Of a stretch of 64,000 bases of DNA, positions 9,945 to 18,848 are shown piece by piece. A program made the translations under genes and the position numbers. Source of the DNA: an uncultured Verrucomicrobiota bacterium. GTDB lineage: Bacteria > Verrucomicrobiota > Kiritimatiellia > CAIQIC01 > Lenti-01. The stretch's first letter is position 1; each line of letters starts with the position of its first letter. The stretch lies in NCBI GenBank assembly GCA_937860055.1, contig CALMBO010000028.1, positions 21,881 to 85,880 of the forward strand, given 5' to 3'. The notes beneath the pieces were generated by a model that was given only the letters and a program-made list of their open reading frames with translations, did no database searches and was not told the origin of the DNA.

Positions 9945-10652
9945 TCACCGGCGGTCGATCCGGTAGGTAATCGGCACATCCACCTCGAAGCCGCCGGGCA
10001 GCGTGTTCGTCCCCAGGGGCTTCTCCGCCGCGCGGCGCAGGATGCCCCGGGCCCCCTCGGCCAGCAGCGCCGATCCGGTGTTCTCCAGGATCCGGACTTT
10101 CCCGATCTCGCCCGTGGACCGGATTTCCACCCGCAGCAGGACGGTGCCGGTTTCGCGGGAATAGCGCGCCGCACCGGGATAGAACTTGCTCTCCTCGATG
10201 CGCCTGCGCAACTGCGCCAGCCATTCGGCGCGGATGGCGTCCTCCCGGCCGGAATCCCCCTCCTCTTCGACTTCCGGTTGCGCCGCGATGGCGGGCGCCG
10301 ACTCGATCTCCGGAGGCGGAACTGCTTCCGGTTCGGGTTCGGGCTCCACCACGGGCTCCGGCAGGGGTTCCGGCTCGGGTTCCGGCGCCGGCTCTGGGAT
10401 GACTTCCGGCGGCGGCTTTTCCGCAGGCGCCGGCGGCGGCTCCTCCACCACCGGCATCGGGACGGGCGCCAGTTCCATCCTCATCTCCGGAAAGATCTGT
10501 GCGGCGCCGGAATCCGGCCACGCATCGAGATGCCGGCCGAAATAGGCGGCTCCCGCCCCCAGCGCCAGCACCAGCGCCCCGGCGGCAATCGCGCTCCACC
10601 GGTCGGCGGAGTCGCGCGCGGGCCTAGTCGGATGTGGCGCCGATGAGGACAT
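9945..10652 (-). CDS. tonB: TonB family energy transducer
   Basis: N-terminal TM, Pro/Glu-rich linker, YPGAARYSRETGTVLLRVEI C-terminal domain. Confidence 0.88.
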   Translation of the reverse strand: MSSSAPHPTRPARDSADRWSAIAAGALVLALGAGAAYFGRHLDAWPDSGAAQIFPEMRMELAPVPMPVVEEPPPAPAEKPPPEVIPEPAPEPEPEPLPEPVVEPEPEPEAVPPPEIESAPAIAAQPEVEEEGDSGREDAIRAEWLAQLRRRIEESKFYPGAARYSRETGTVLLRVEIRSTGEIGKVRILENTGSALLAEGARGILRRAAEKPLGTNTLPGGFEVDVPITYRIDRR

Positions 10653-11019
10653 TGCTTCTCCCGCAGGCGCGCAGCCGGTCCATCACGCCGACGAACGCGT
10701 CGAACGGCGCGGCGCGGTCCACGCGCAACTCCACCGCCCCCTCCGGGCGGGGGGGCAGCAGACCCTGGATTTCCTCCAGGGAAACCGGCGCGTCCCGATG
10801 GTAGAGCGTCCCGCCGGCATCGATGGACAGCACCAGCCGCGACGGATCTTCCTCCGCCCGCTCCGCCGTTTGGGCCGGGGGCAGCGCCACCTTCAGCACC
10901 GGCGCGCTGAACGTCGCCGCCAGGATGAAAAACAGGAGCAGCATGAAGACCACGTCGATCAGCGGCGTCAGGTCGATGTCCGCATCGAAATCGTCGTCGA
11001 GGAACCGGGCTTCTTCCAT
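10624..11019 (-). CDS. exbD: ExbD/TolR protein
   Basis: IDLTPLIDVVFMLLLFFIL. Confidence 0.92.
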   Translation of the reverse strand: MEEARFLDDDFDADIDLTPLIDVVFMLLLFFILAATFSAPVLKVALPPAQTAERAEEDPSRLVLSIDAGGTLYHRDAPVSLEEIQGLLPPRPEGAVELRVDRAAPFDAFVGVMDRLRACGRSNVLIGATSD

Positions 11020-11030
11020 GGTCCGGTCCT

Positions 11031-11627
11031 TCAGCGGTTCTTCGGAGGCGCGGAGAACCGACCGGCGTATTCCATCAGCTCCACCTGGAAGCCGCTGATC
11101 TGCATCCGGAAGAAATAGTAGAGGCACAGCACGGGGACGGTGATCGCCAGCCCCATGATCGTGGTGGTCAGCGCCTCCCAGATGCCGTTTGCCAGCAGGG
11201 CCGGGTTGGCCACGGCCTGCGACGCGATCACCCGGAAGACCTTGGAGATGCCCATCACCGTGCCCAGCAGGCCCAGCAGGGGCGAGATCACAGAGGCCAG
11301 CCGCAGCAGGGTCATCGCCCGGTTGACCTTCCGGAAGTTCTTGTGGAACAGGAATGCCAGCTCCGCGCGCAGGTCGTCGTGGCCCCGGCACGCTTCGCGC
11401 ACGGCTTCCGAGAAGATGCGGATCAAGGGATTTCCGGCGCGGGCGCCGGCCTCCGCATCCAGCCGCGAGGGATCGCGCACCAGGCCCGCGATATGGCGGC
11501 GGAAGGCCCAGCCGATCCAGGTGAGGTAGATGGCGTTCTTCGCGCACAGGTACGCCGCGACCGCGGCGACGGCGACCAGCGCCACGCCGGAGGCGCCGAT
11601 GTAGTCGTATATCCGTTGGCAGTCCAT
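11031..11627 (-). CDS. exbB: ExbB/MotA/TolQ proton channel protein
   Basis: SPLLGLLGTVMG...GIWEALTTTIMGL. Confidence 0.92.
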   Translation of the reverse strand: MDCQRIYDYIGASGVALVAVAAVAAYLCAKNAIYLTWIGWAFRRHIAGLVRDPSRLDAEAGARAGNPLIRIFSEAVREACRGHDDLRAELAFLFHKNFRKVNRAMTLLRLASVISPLLGLLGTVMGISKVFRVIASQAVANPALLANGIWEALTTTIMGLAITVPVLCLYYFFRMQISGFQVELMEYAGRFSAPPKNR

Positions 11628-11649
11628 CGAAGAAGTCTCCTTTTCCTGT

Positions 11650-12684
11650 TTAATCGCCGGCCAGCGCCAAAACGATCAGTTCCACCAGAAATATTTTCCA
11701 GCGCCGGAACCCGCCGGCATCGCCGCTCCGCCGCCAGGCGGTGGCCGCCGCCCGCCGCAAGGCGGGGAATTGCTCCAGCGCGCGCGACACCTCCGCGCCA
11801 TAGGCGCCCTGTTCCCGGCGGCGGAACCGCCGGAACAGCGCCTGCCCCAGCGGCCGGACCGCCAGCATCCAGACCGCCAGCACGATCGTCGCGCGGACGA
11901 ATACGCGCAGGCCCCTCGCCCATCCCTCCTGCCCCGGATGGAGCAGCATCAGGACCGCCAGCAGCGCCGCGAGGACCGCGCCCGCCTTGAACGGCGTGCG
12001 CTGCCACCACCGCTTGCGCGAAGGCGCCGGCAGAACCAGTTCCGGCGCCTCCCCGGACACGGGAAGGGATCCGGGCCGGGCCGTCTTCAAGGCCCGCGCG
12101 ATCTCGTCCGGGATCGCGCCCGCCAGGCCGCCGGTGACGAGGCCGGCAACCGTGTAGTAGCCCAGATAGAAGAACAGGAACCAGGCGGTCGGCGAAAGAT
12201 CCCCTGGCCCGCTGCCCATCTTCCCCAGGATCCAGCGGCCCACCGCATCCACGGATTCCCACAGCGACTTTCCATACAGGATCGTCATCACCAGCAGCTT
12301 CTGCACCGCGCCCTGCCAGAGCGCCAGCAGGCCCAGCAGCAGCGCGCCGAGGCGGACCGACGGCAGAAAACCGAACAGCAGCGCGCCGGAAAGGCCCTGG
12401 AAGGCCACCGCCACGTAGGCCGGCAGCGGCGTGTGGGGGCTTGCCGCGGCCTTGACCAGCAGCACGATCACGGTGGCCTTGAGAATCGCCTTCGCCTTCC
12501 GTTCGGCGAAGAACGCGATCAGCGCGATCAGCACCACCGCCGTCGAACCCACCACGATCCCCGTGAACGGAACCCGCATGGCATGGATCAGTCCGCCCAG
12601 CCCCGCCTCGTTCAGGGCCCAGAGCGCCGTCAGCCTCTCCACGGCCCGGTTCCGGTCCAGGTCGCCCAGGTCCTCCGTCCTCAT
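11650..12684 (-). CDS. Uncharacterised polytopic membrane protein
   Basis: ATG at 12684 overlaps the upstream stop; about 7-8 hydrophobic segments (LTALWALNEAGLGGLIHAMRVPFTG...). Confidence 0.75.
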   Translation of the reverse strand: MRTEDLGDLDRNRAVERLTALWALNEAGLGGLIHAMRVPFTGIVVGSTAVVLIALIAFFAERKAKAILKATVIVLLVKAAASPHTPLPAYVAVAFQGLSGALLFGFLPSVRLGALLLGLLALWQGAVQKLLVMTILYGKSLWESVDAVGRWILGKMGSGPGDLSPTAWFLFFYLGYYTVAGLVTGGLAGAIPDEIARALKTARPGSLPVSGEAPELVLPAPSRKRWWQRTPFKAGAVLAALLAVLMLLHPGQEGWARGLRVFVRATIVLAVWMLAVRPLGQALFRRFRRREQGAYGAEVSRALEQFPALRRAAATAWRRSGDAGGFRRWKIFLVELIVLALAGD

Positions 12685-13496
12685 CGCGGCGCCTTTTCCC
12701 ACGACAGCATCGCCCACTCGAAATCGTGCCGATAGCGCGCCGTTCCGTCCGCCCCGCGCGGCAGGCCGCGGTAGAACCTCCGCAGCCGCGCCACTTCCCT
12801 CTCCGTCAGTTCCCCCACCCGCCATCGCACGGCCCCGATGAAATCCTCCGCCGAGGCATAGCCCATCCCGCCCCGCGAACGCAGGAAATCCACGCGGACC
12901 TTCACGCCCATCTGGTAGAGGATGTTCACCGCGTAGATGTAGTCCGGCCGCGGCTCCATCTCCCGGTCGAGCAGGGCCAGGACATCCGGCCCGAGATAGC
13001 TCCCGCCGGCGTGCAGCGTCACATAGCACCGCAGGCGCGCCTTCCGGTCCATCTTCTCCAGCGCGCCCCGCAGGTCCTCCACGCCGAGGGCCCGGGAACA
13101 GATCGCGATATCCACCTTCGGCACCTTTGCCCAGGAATCGGTCCACGACAGCCGGTGCACGACGAGGTTGTCCACGCCGGCGCGCTTCCGGTGAGTCTCC
13201 AGGAACCGCAGCATCTCGGGGGAGAAATCCAGCGCATGGACCTTCCGGAGGCGCTTCGCCAGCGGAATGGCCAGGTTCCCCGTGCCGCATCCGATGTCCA
13301 GCGCCGTCTTCGCGCCCGCCAGGTCCATCCGCGCCAGGAAGGCGCGGCTGTAGTCGCTGTCGCCTTCGCCCCGGCTCCGCCGCTCCGCGCGCCGGTCCCA
13401 ATCCGCGCTCGTCCGCGAGCCGAACGACGACCGCCGGCACTGCTCCCGGTAGAGCGCGCCGAAGTCGATGTCCTGGATCAGGTCCTTGCCGAGCAT
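12681..13496 (-). CDS. Class I SAM-dependent methyltransferase (TBDR-associated)
   Basis: ALDIGCGTGNLA, ALDFSPEML, PDYIYAVNILYQMG. Confidence 0.88.
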   Translation of the reverse strand: MLGKDLIQDIDFGALYREQCRRSSFGSRTSADWDRRAERRSRGEGDSDYSRAFLARMDLAGAKTALDIGCGTGNLAIPLAKRLRKVHALDFSPEMLRFLETHRKRAGVDNLVVHRLSWTDSWAKVPKVDIAICSRALGVEDLRGALEKMDRKARLRCYVTLHAGGSYLGPDVLALLDREMEPRPDYIYAVNILYQMGVKVRVDFLRSRGGMGYASAEDFIGAVRWRVGELTEREVARLRRFYRGLPRGADGTARYRHDFEWAMLSWEKAPR

Positions 13497-13509
13497 GCCC
13501 TGGGTTTCC

Positions 13510-15486
13510 CTAGAAACGGTACTGGACGCTCACGTAGCAGCTGCGCCCTTCTTCCGGATAACCTTCGTTCAGTTCGTAGTTTTCGTCAAAGATATTCCGG
13601 ATGCCCGCGTTCAGGCCGAATCCGCGCGGCAGCGCGACCTGCGCATCGAGGTGGCCCAGCCAGAACCCGTCCACCTTCGTGCCGGTCGACGAGGAATAGC
13701 GCGACGAACTGTACTCCACGTTCGGGACCAGCGTCAGGCGGGAACAGGCCTCCCATTCCACGAACAGCCTCAGGCTGTGCTCCGGCGTGTCCGTCAGCTT
13801 GATTTCGGGGTGCGAGAGGTTTTCGCGATGCAGGTACATGTAGTCGAAGCCCGTCTTCAGTTCCGGCACGACGGTCCAGGACAGCCCCGCCTCCGCGCCG
13901 CCGGCTTCGGTTTCGCCCACGTTCCGGAGCTGGTACAGCCAGGCCCCCTCCTCGTCCTGCGCGACGCGGTCCACCTGCTGGATCGTGTCGTCCAGGCGGC
14001 TGTAGAATCCGCACAGGCGCCCGTCGAGGTTCTCCACGAGGCGCCCCTCGTATCCGATTTCATAGTGCATCGCCACTTCGGGGTCCAGGTCCGGATTCGC
14101 CAGCGCCTTCCCCAGCCGGTAGGAGTACCGGTCCTTCAGCGTCGGGAAACGCGTCTTGCGCGCGACCGTGGCGCGGAACACCCCGCCCGTCACGTCGTAG
14201 AACAGGCCGGCCTGCGGGTTGAACGCCTGGTTGTCGTTGTCCTCGAAATCTTCGCCGCTGTTCGGATCCTCCGCCTCCAGGCTGTTCCGCACCGCGTATT
14301 CGGCGCCCGCCGCCAGCGCCAGCCTTTCGGTCAGCGCGATGCGGTCCTCCGCTCCCGCCGCCAGGGTTTCGTCCTTGTAGGCCGCGGTCGGGCCGCCCGC
14401 GTTGTGCTCGCGGTGCACGTCCTGCTTGTAGTGCGCCGCGCCGCGCAGCTGGTGCCTTTCGCCCGCGGCCGCGCCGCCCTCGACCGACCCGCCGAACGTG
14501 TAGTCGTCGTAGATGCTCGTCCACGACGACTTCTTCGTCTGCGTCGTGTACGTCGCGTCGTCGTACGCCTTCAGCGTGTTTTCGTAGGTGTCGTAGTAGA
14601 AACGCGGCTTTACGTAGCCTGTCCGGCCGACCGCGATGTTCCCGACGGCATAGGCGCTGTTCTTCACCCATTCCGTGTAGCGCCAGTAGCGCGGAACCGT
14701 GTTCGTGTCCGTCCCCGCATAGGCCGGCACGCCCTTCTCGCTGTCCTGCCGCACGAAGCCGACGGCCAGTTCGTCGCCTTCGTCGCCCGGCGTCCATGCC
14801 ACCTTTGCGCTGACCTGCAGGTCGCGCGTGTCCGAGTTTTCCCGCCGCCCGCCGTCCTCCGTCGCCGCCGGCTCGAAATCGTCCGAGACGCGGAAATGGT
14901 CGCGTTCGCGGTACGACGCCCCCGCCTGCGCGTACCCGTCGTCCCGCAGCAGGCCGCCGCGCAAGGCGCCTTCGTATCCCTCCCCGCTGAAGACACCCGC
15001 CCGCGCCATGAACTCCTCCGGCTGCGTCGGCCGCAGGCTCACCACGTTGATCGCCCCGCCCAGCGTGTTCGGGCCGTAGACCACCGGGCTGTAGCCCTTG
15101 GAGATGGACAGCTCGGCCATGTCGGACACGTCGAACCGTCCCATGTCCACGTTGCCGTCGTAGGGCACGTAGACCGGAATGCCGTCGATGAACAGCGGCA
15201 CCTGCCGGGTGTCGAAGCCGCGCACATAGGCCGCCGCCTCGTTGCGGCCGCCGATCCGCGTCAGCGTCACGCCCGGCGCCAGCGCCGCCGCGTCCGCCAC
15301 GTTGCCCCGCCCCCGCTGGGCCGCCTGTTCCCCCGTCACCCGCGTCGCCGCCCCGTCCCCCGCCGCGTCCTCCGCCCCCACCACCAGCACTTCGCCCAGC
15401 GCAAACACCGGCGAAGGCGCCTCCTGCGCCGCGGCCGGGAGAGTCCACGCCAGGGCCGCCGCCAACATCCAATTCGTCTTCTTCAT
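13510..15486 (-). CDS. TonB-dependent receptor
   Basis: Signal peptide MKKTNWML, TonB-box-like LGEVLVVG, plug motifs VRGFD..IDG.P and YGPNTLGGAINVV, C-terminal NIFDENY...GRS...QYRF. Confidence 0.95.
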   Translation of the reverse strand: MKKTNWMLAAALAWTLPAAAQEAPSPVFALGEVLVVGAEDAAGDGAATRVTGEQAAQRGRGNVADAAALAPGVTLTRIGGRNEAAAYVRGFDTRQVPLFIDGIPVYVPYDGNVDMGRFDVSDMAELSISKGYSPVVYGPNTLGGAINVVSLRPTQPEEFMARAGVFSGEGYEGALRGGLLRDDGYAQAGASYRERDHFRVSDDFEPAATEDGGRRENSDTRDLQVSAKVAWTPGDEGDELAVGFVRQDSEKGVPAYAGTDTNTVPRYWRYTEWVKNSAYAVGNIAVGRTGYVKPRFYYDTYENTLKAYDDATYTTQTKKSSWTSIYDDYTFGGSVEGGAAAGERHQLRGAAHYKQDVHREHNAGGPTAAYKDETLAAGAEDRIALTERLALAAGAEYAVRNSLEAEDPNSGEDFEDNDNQAFNPQAGLFYDVTGGVFRATVARKTRFPTLKDRYSYRLGKALANPDLDPEVAMHYEIGYEGRLVENLDGRLCGFYSRLDDTIQQVDRVAQDEEGAWLYQLRNVGETEAGGAEAGLSWTVVPELKTGFDYMYLHRENLSHPEIKLTDTPEHSLRLFVEWEACSRLTLVPNVEYSSSRYSSSTGTKVDGFWLGHLDAQVALPRGFGLNAGIRNIFDENYELNEGYPEEGRSCYVSVQYRF

Positions 15487-15836
15487 TTCGTCTTCCTTCC
15501 GTATTCCTTTTGAAATCCCTTGAATGCCGCATCCGCCGCCCTCCGCACCTTCCGGCGCAGATCCGAAAAATCGCGGATGAACCGCCGGGCGAACGGCGTC
15601 AGCTCCGTATGCCCCCTCGCCGCCCCTCCCTTGTGGCGGACCAGCAGCGTCTCCCCCAGCTCCCGTTCCAGCCGGTTCAGAATCTTCAGCGCCTTCACGT
15701 AGGACAGATCCATGTCCCGCGCCGCCTGCTGGATCGACCCGTGCGACCCGATCCCCTCCAGCAGCTGCAGCAGCCCCGCGCCGCAGAACTCCTCGTCCGC
15801 CTCGCTCGCCAACGCCAGTTTCACATGCAGTCTCAT
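15483..15836 (-). CDS. Short ModE-family winged-helix regulator (no Mop/TOBE domains)
   Basis: FCGAGLLQLLEGI...GSIQQAARDMDLSYVKA...L...KGG..RGHTELT matches the ModE N-terminal wHTH; 117 aa. Confidence 0.85.
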   Translation of the reverse strand: MRLHVKLALASEADEEFCGAGLLQLLEGIGSHGSIQQAARDMDLSYVKALKILNRLERELGETLLVRHKGGAARGHTELTPFARRFIRDFSDLRRKVRRAADAAFKGFQKEYGRKTK

Positions 15837-15837
15837 G

Positions 15838-15863
15838 CCGATATATATATGCATGTATATCGG
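15838..15863. promoter_or_regulatory. ModE-box-like inverted repeat
   Basis: Minus strand CCGATATACATGCATATATATATCGG: 8-bp perfect arms, resembles CGnTATATA-N6-TATATAnCG, ends 1 nt before the regulator ATG. Confidence 0.75.
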
Positions 15864-15927
15864 AAGGCGCAAGCGGAAATATCCGGCCCCGCGCGCGGGA
15901 AGGCGCCGCACGGGCCCCGCCGCCCTG

Positions 15928-16010
15928 TTTTTCCACGCAATGGAAAGACTTTCGGCGGATTTTCCACGCAATGGAAAAACTTTTGCGGATTTTTCCACGC
16001 TGTGGAAAAA
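15928..16010. repeat. Three palindromic TTTCCA-N5-TGGAAA units with 31-bp period
   Basis: TTCCAC cores at 15931, 15962, 15993: ttccacgcaatggaa x2 and ttccacgctgtggaa. Confidence 0.85.
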
Positions 16011-16049
16011 CGCCGGACCGCGATTCCCCGCACCGGGGGCGGGCGTCGT

Positions 16050-16565
16050 TCAGGCCCGGAATAGCGCGGCGATCTTCGCCGGCAGCGCGTCGCGCGTCGC
16101 CGCATCGACCTCCAGCAGGCGGTCGATGTTTTCCCGCGCGAAAATTCCCGTCCACGGCTCCAGCGCGCGCCGCTGGACCACCGCCAGCACCGGCGCGGAC
16201 CCGCGGAACAGCTTCGCGACCGCTTCGGCGAAGCGGGGCTCCCCGAGCTCGATCACCCCGAGCTCGTCAATGACGACGGGCCGCCCTGGCGCGGCCTCCG
16301 ACAGGCTTTCGACGGCGGCCTCCGTGAAATTCGCCCGGTCCAGTTCGTAGGCCAGGCCGCCGGGAACCGCGGGCGCGGCGATCCGCCTCGCCATGGGCCG
16401 GCGCCGCCCGGACCAGGTCTCGAAGTAGAGCACCTCCGCCCCGCGCCCCGCGTCCGCCCAATGCGTGAAGAACCCCGCAGGCCTGTCCCACCCCAGCCGC
16501 TCCATCGCGGCGCGGACCACCGTGCTCTTGCCGGAATCGATCTCCCCGACCAGGACGATCTTCAC
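16050..16565 (-). CDS. THEP1/NTPase_1-like P-loop nucleoside triphosphatase
   Basis: GEIDSGKST Walker A, GFFT, VVIDELGVIE Walker B; GTG start overlaps the murJ stop. Confidence 0.8.
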   Translation of the reverse strand: MKIVLVGEIDSGKSTVVRAAMERLGWDRPAGFFTHWADAGRGAEVLYFETWSGRRRPMARRIAAPAVPGGLAYELDRANFTEAAVESLSEAAPGRPVVIDELGVIELGEPRFAEAVAKLFRGSAPVLAVVQRRALEPWTGIFARENIDRLLEVDAATRDALPAKIAALFRA

Positions 16566-18169
16566 GGCCCGGGCTCCGCCGCCTTCTTCTGCCTCTTGGC
16601 GCGCAGGGCCTCGATCACGAACCCCAGCTCGGGGAAGCGGAAGGCGCGCGCCAGGCCGAAGTAGACCGCCCCGCCCAGCGCGATGGCCGCCGGGACGCCG
16701 ATGATCTGGGACGCCTTGCGAGGCAGATGCAGGCCGAGATACAGCCAATCCGTGAGGAAATACTCCGTGGCCACGGCCACGGCGGCCATGGCGGCGGAGG
16801 CGCCGAGCGCGCGGCCCAGCCCCTGGAGGATGCCGCGGAGGCCGAACGGCCCCAGCTCCCGCCGCAGAAAGTAGGCCAGGGCCAGTCCGTTGAATCCTTC
16901 GGCGATGACCGTCGAGAAGGCCATGCCCGCATGCCGCCAATAGAGCGGCAGCGTCACCGCGCAGGCCACGTTCAGCGTGAAGTTCAGCATCACCCCGCAC
17001 AGGCCGATCTTGACCGGCGTGCGGGTGTCCTGCAGCGCATAGAACGCCGGCACGAAGACCTTGGCGAGGCAGAAGACCATCAGCCCCGGCGCATAGAAGG
17101 AGAGCGCCCGCGCCGTCAGCATCGTGCTCTCCGGCCCGAACGACCCGTGCTCCAGCAGCATCCGGACGATCGGCGACGCCAGCGCGAAAAGCCCCACCGC
17201 CGCCGGCGTCATCACGAACAGCAGCGTGCGCAGGCCATGGTGGATGGCTTCGCGCATCTCGCGGTGCTTCTTCTGCGCCGCGAAATCCGACAGCACCGGC
17301 AGCAGGACCGTCCCCAGCGAGGTCGCGAGGATGCCCTGCGGGAAATAGATCAGGCGCTCGGCGTAGAACAGCGCCGACGGCGCCCACGCCCCCACCCACA
17401 GCGCCAGCATGCTGTTGACCATCACGTTGACCTGGTTCACCGCCAGCCCCAGCGCGGACGGCCCCATCAGCAGGAACACCTTCCTCACGCGCGGGTCGCG
17501 CCAATCCGCATCCACGCCGGGCCGCCACCCCACGCGCAGCAGCGAGGGGATCTGGTAGGCCAGCTGCACCGCGCCCGCCGCGAACACCGTCCACGCCAGC
17601 GCCTGGATCTGCCGCGCGGGCCCGCCCCGCACCACGGGGACGAGAAGCAGGATCGACAGGATCCACGTGATGTTCAGCAGCGCCGGCGTGAAGGCCGAGA
17701 CCGAGAACTTCCGGTAGGAATTGAGCACGGCCATCGCCAGCGCGGCCATGCAGATGAAGAAGACATAGGGCAGCATGATCCGCGCGAGGGGCAGCACGGC
17801 GGCGGCCTTGGCGTTGAGCTCCGGCCACAGCAAGGCGACGCTCATCGCCGCGATCCCGGCGGCCACGATCCCCAGCAGCACCGCGCCGACCAGGGTCGAC
17901 ACCCGCCGCGCCAGCCGCCACGCCTCGTCCTCCCCCTCTTCCCGCCGCGAGGCCATGAACACCGGCACGAACGCCGAGGAAAGCGCCCCCTCGCCGAACA
18001 GCGCGCGGAACAGGTTCGGGATGCGGAAGGCCACCACGAACGACGACATCGCCAGCGAGGTGCCGAACACCCCCGCCGTCAGCACGTCGCGCACCATGCC
18101 CAGGAAGCGGCTGAGCATCGTGAAGCCGCCGACCGTGAACGCGAACCGGATGACGTTGCGGTTTTCCAT
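16562..18169 (-). CDS. murJ: Lipid II flippase MurJ (MviN)
   Basis: TMLSRFLGMVRD, AFRIPNLFRALFGEGALSSAFVPVF, FYALQDTRTPV. Confidence 0.96.
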   Translation of the reverse strand: MENRNVIRFAFTVGGFTMLSRFLGMVRDVLTAGVFGTSLAMSSFVVAFRIPNLFRALFGEGALSSAFVPVFMASRREEGEDEAWRLARRVSTLVGAVLLGIVAAGIAAMSVALLWPELNAKAAAVLPLARIMLPYVFFICMAALAMAVLNSYRKFSVSAFTPALLNITWILSILLLVPVVRGGPARQIQALAWTVFAAGAVQLAYQIPSLLRVGWRPGVDADWRDPRVRKVFLLMGPSALGLAVNQVNVMVNSMLALWVGAWAPSALFYAERLIYFPQGILATSLGTVLLPVLSDFAAQKKHREMREAIHHGLRTLLFVMTPAAVGLFALASPIVRMLLEHGSFGPESTMLTARALSFYAPGLMVFCLAKVFVPAFYALQDTRTPVKIGLCGVMLNFTLNVACAVTLPLYWRHAGMAFSTVIAEGFNGLALAYFLRRELGPFGLRGILQGLGRALGASAAMAAVAVATEYFLTDWLYLGLHLPRKASQIIGVPAAIALGGAVYFGLARAFRFPELGFVIEALRAKRQKKAAEPGP

Positions 18170-18173
18170 GGGC

Positions 18174-18842
18174 CTACTTCGGCGGAACTCCGCCCGTCCC
18201 GGACGCGGGGCACCAGGTCCGGACCGGGCATGCCGCGCACTCCGGCCGGCGGGCAAAGCAGCAGCGGCGGCCATGGAACACCATCGCGTGCGACCAGTCC
18301 GTCCAGTCCGCCTCGGGGATGATCTTCTGCATCGTCCGCTCGATCTTCGCGGCGTCCGTCTCGTTCTTCACGAAGCCGAGGCGGTTCGAAAGCCGGATGA
18401 AATGCGTATCCACCACGAGGCCCGGCTTCCCGAACACCGTCGCCACCAGCAGGTTCGCCGTCTTGCGGCCGATGCCCGGCAGCGAGACCAGCGTGTCGAA
18501 ATCGCCCGGCAGTTCGCCGCCGAATTCCGCGTCCAGCCGCGCCATCAGCGCGCGGACGTTCTTCGCCTTGTTGCGGAAGAACCCCGTCGAATGGAATTCC
18601 CTTTCCAGCGTCTCCTGCGGCGCCGCCGCCCAGTCCCGGGCGGAACGGTACTTCCGGAACAGCGCGGGGGTGGTCAGGTTCACGCGTTTGTCGGTGCATT
18701 GCGCCGAGAGGATGGTCGCGACGGCCAGCTCCAGCGGCGTGCCCCAGTCCAGTTCGCATTTCGCGTCCGGATAGGCCTTCCGCAGGCGGCGCAGGATGGC
18801 CTTCGCGCGCGCCTGCCGTTGCTGGAGGGTTTCCCGGGCCAT
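18174..18842 (-). CDS. nth: Endonuclease III
   Basis: LSAQCTDKRVN, LPGIGRKTAN, VDTH, C-terminal CFARRPECAACPVRTWC Fe-S motif. Confidence 0.96.
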   Translation of the reverse strand: MARETLQQRQARAKAILRRLRKAYPDAKCELDWGTPLELAVATILSAQCTDKRVNLTTPALFRKYRSARDWAAAPQETLEREFHSTGFFRNKAKNVRALMARLDAEFGGELPGDFDTLVSLPGIGRKTANLLVATVFGKPGLVVDTHFIRLSNRLGFVKNETDAAKIERTMQKIIPEADWTDWSHAMVFHGRRCCFARRPECAACPVRTWCPASGTGGVPPK

Positions 18843-18848
18843 GGCCCC

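Noticed and set aside
15928..16010. Mini-CRISPR array
   Set aside because: The period is only 31 bp and the linkers are short and similar to each other, not unique spacers.
15864..16049. Cobalamin riboswitch or Fur box upstream of the TBDR operon
   Set aside because: No B12-box or GATAAT-type motif recognised by eye; the ModE-like palindrome explains the site better.
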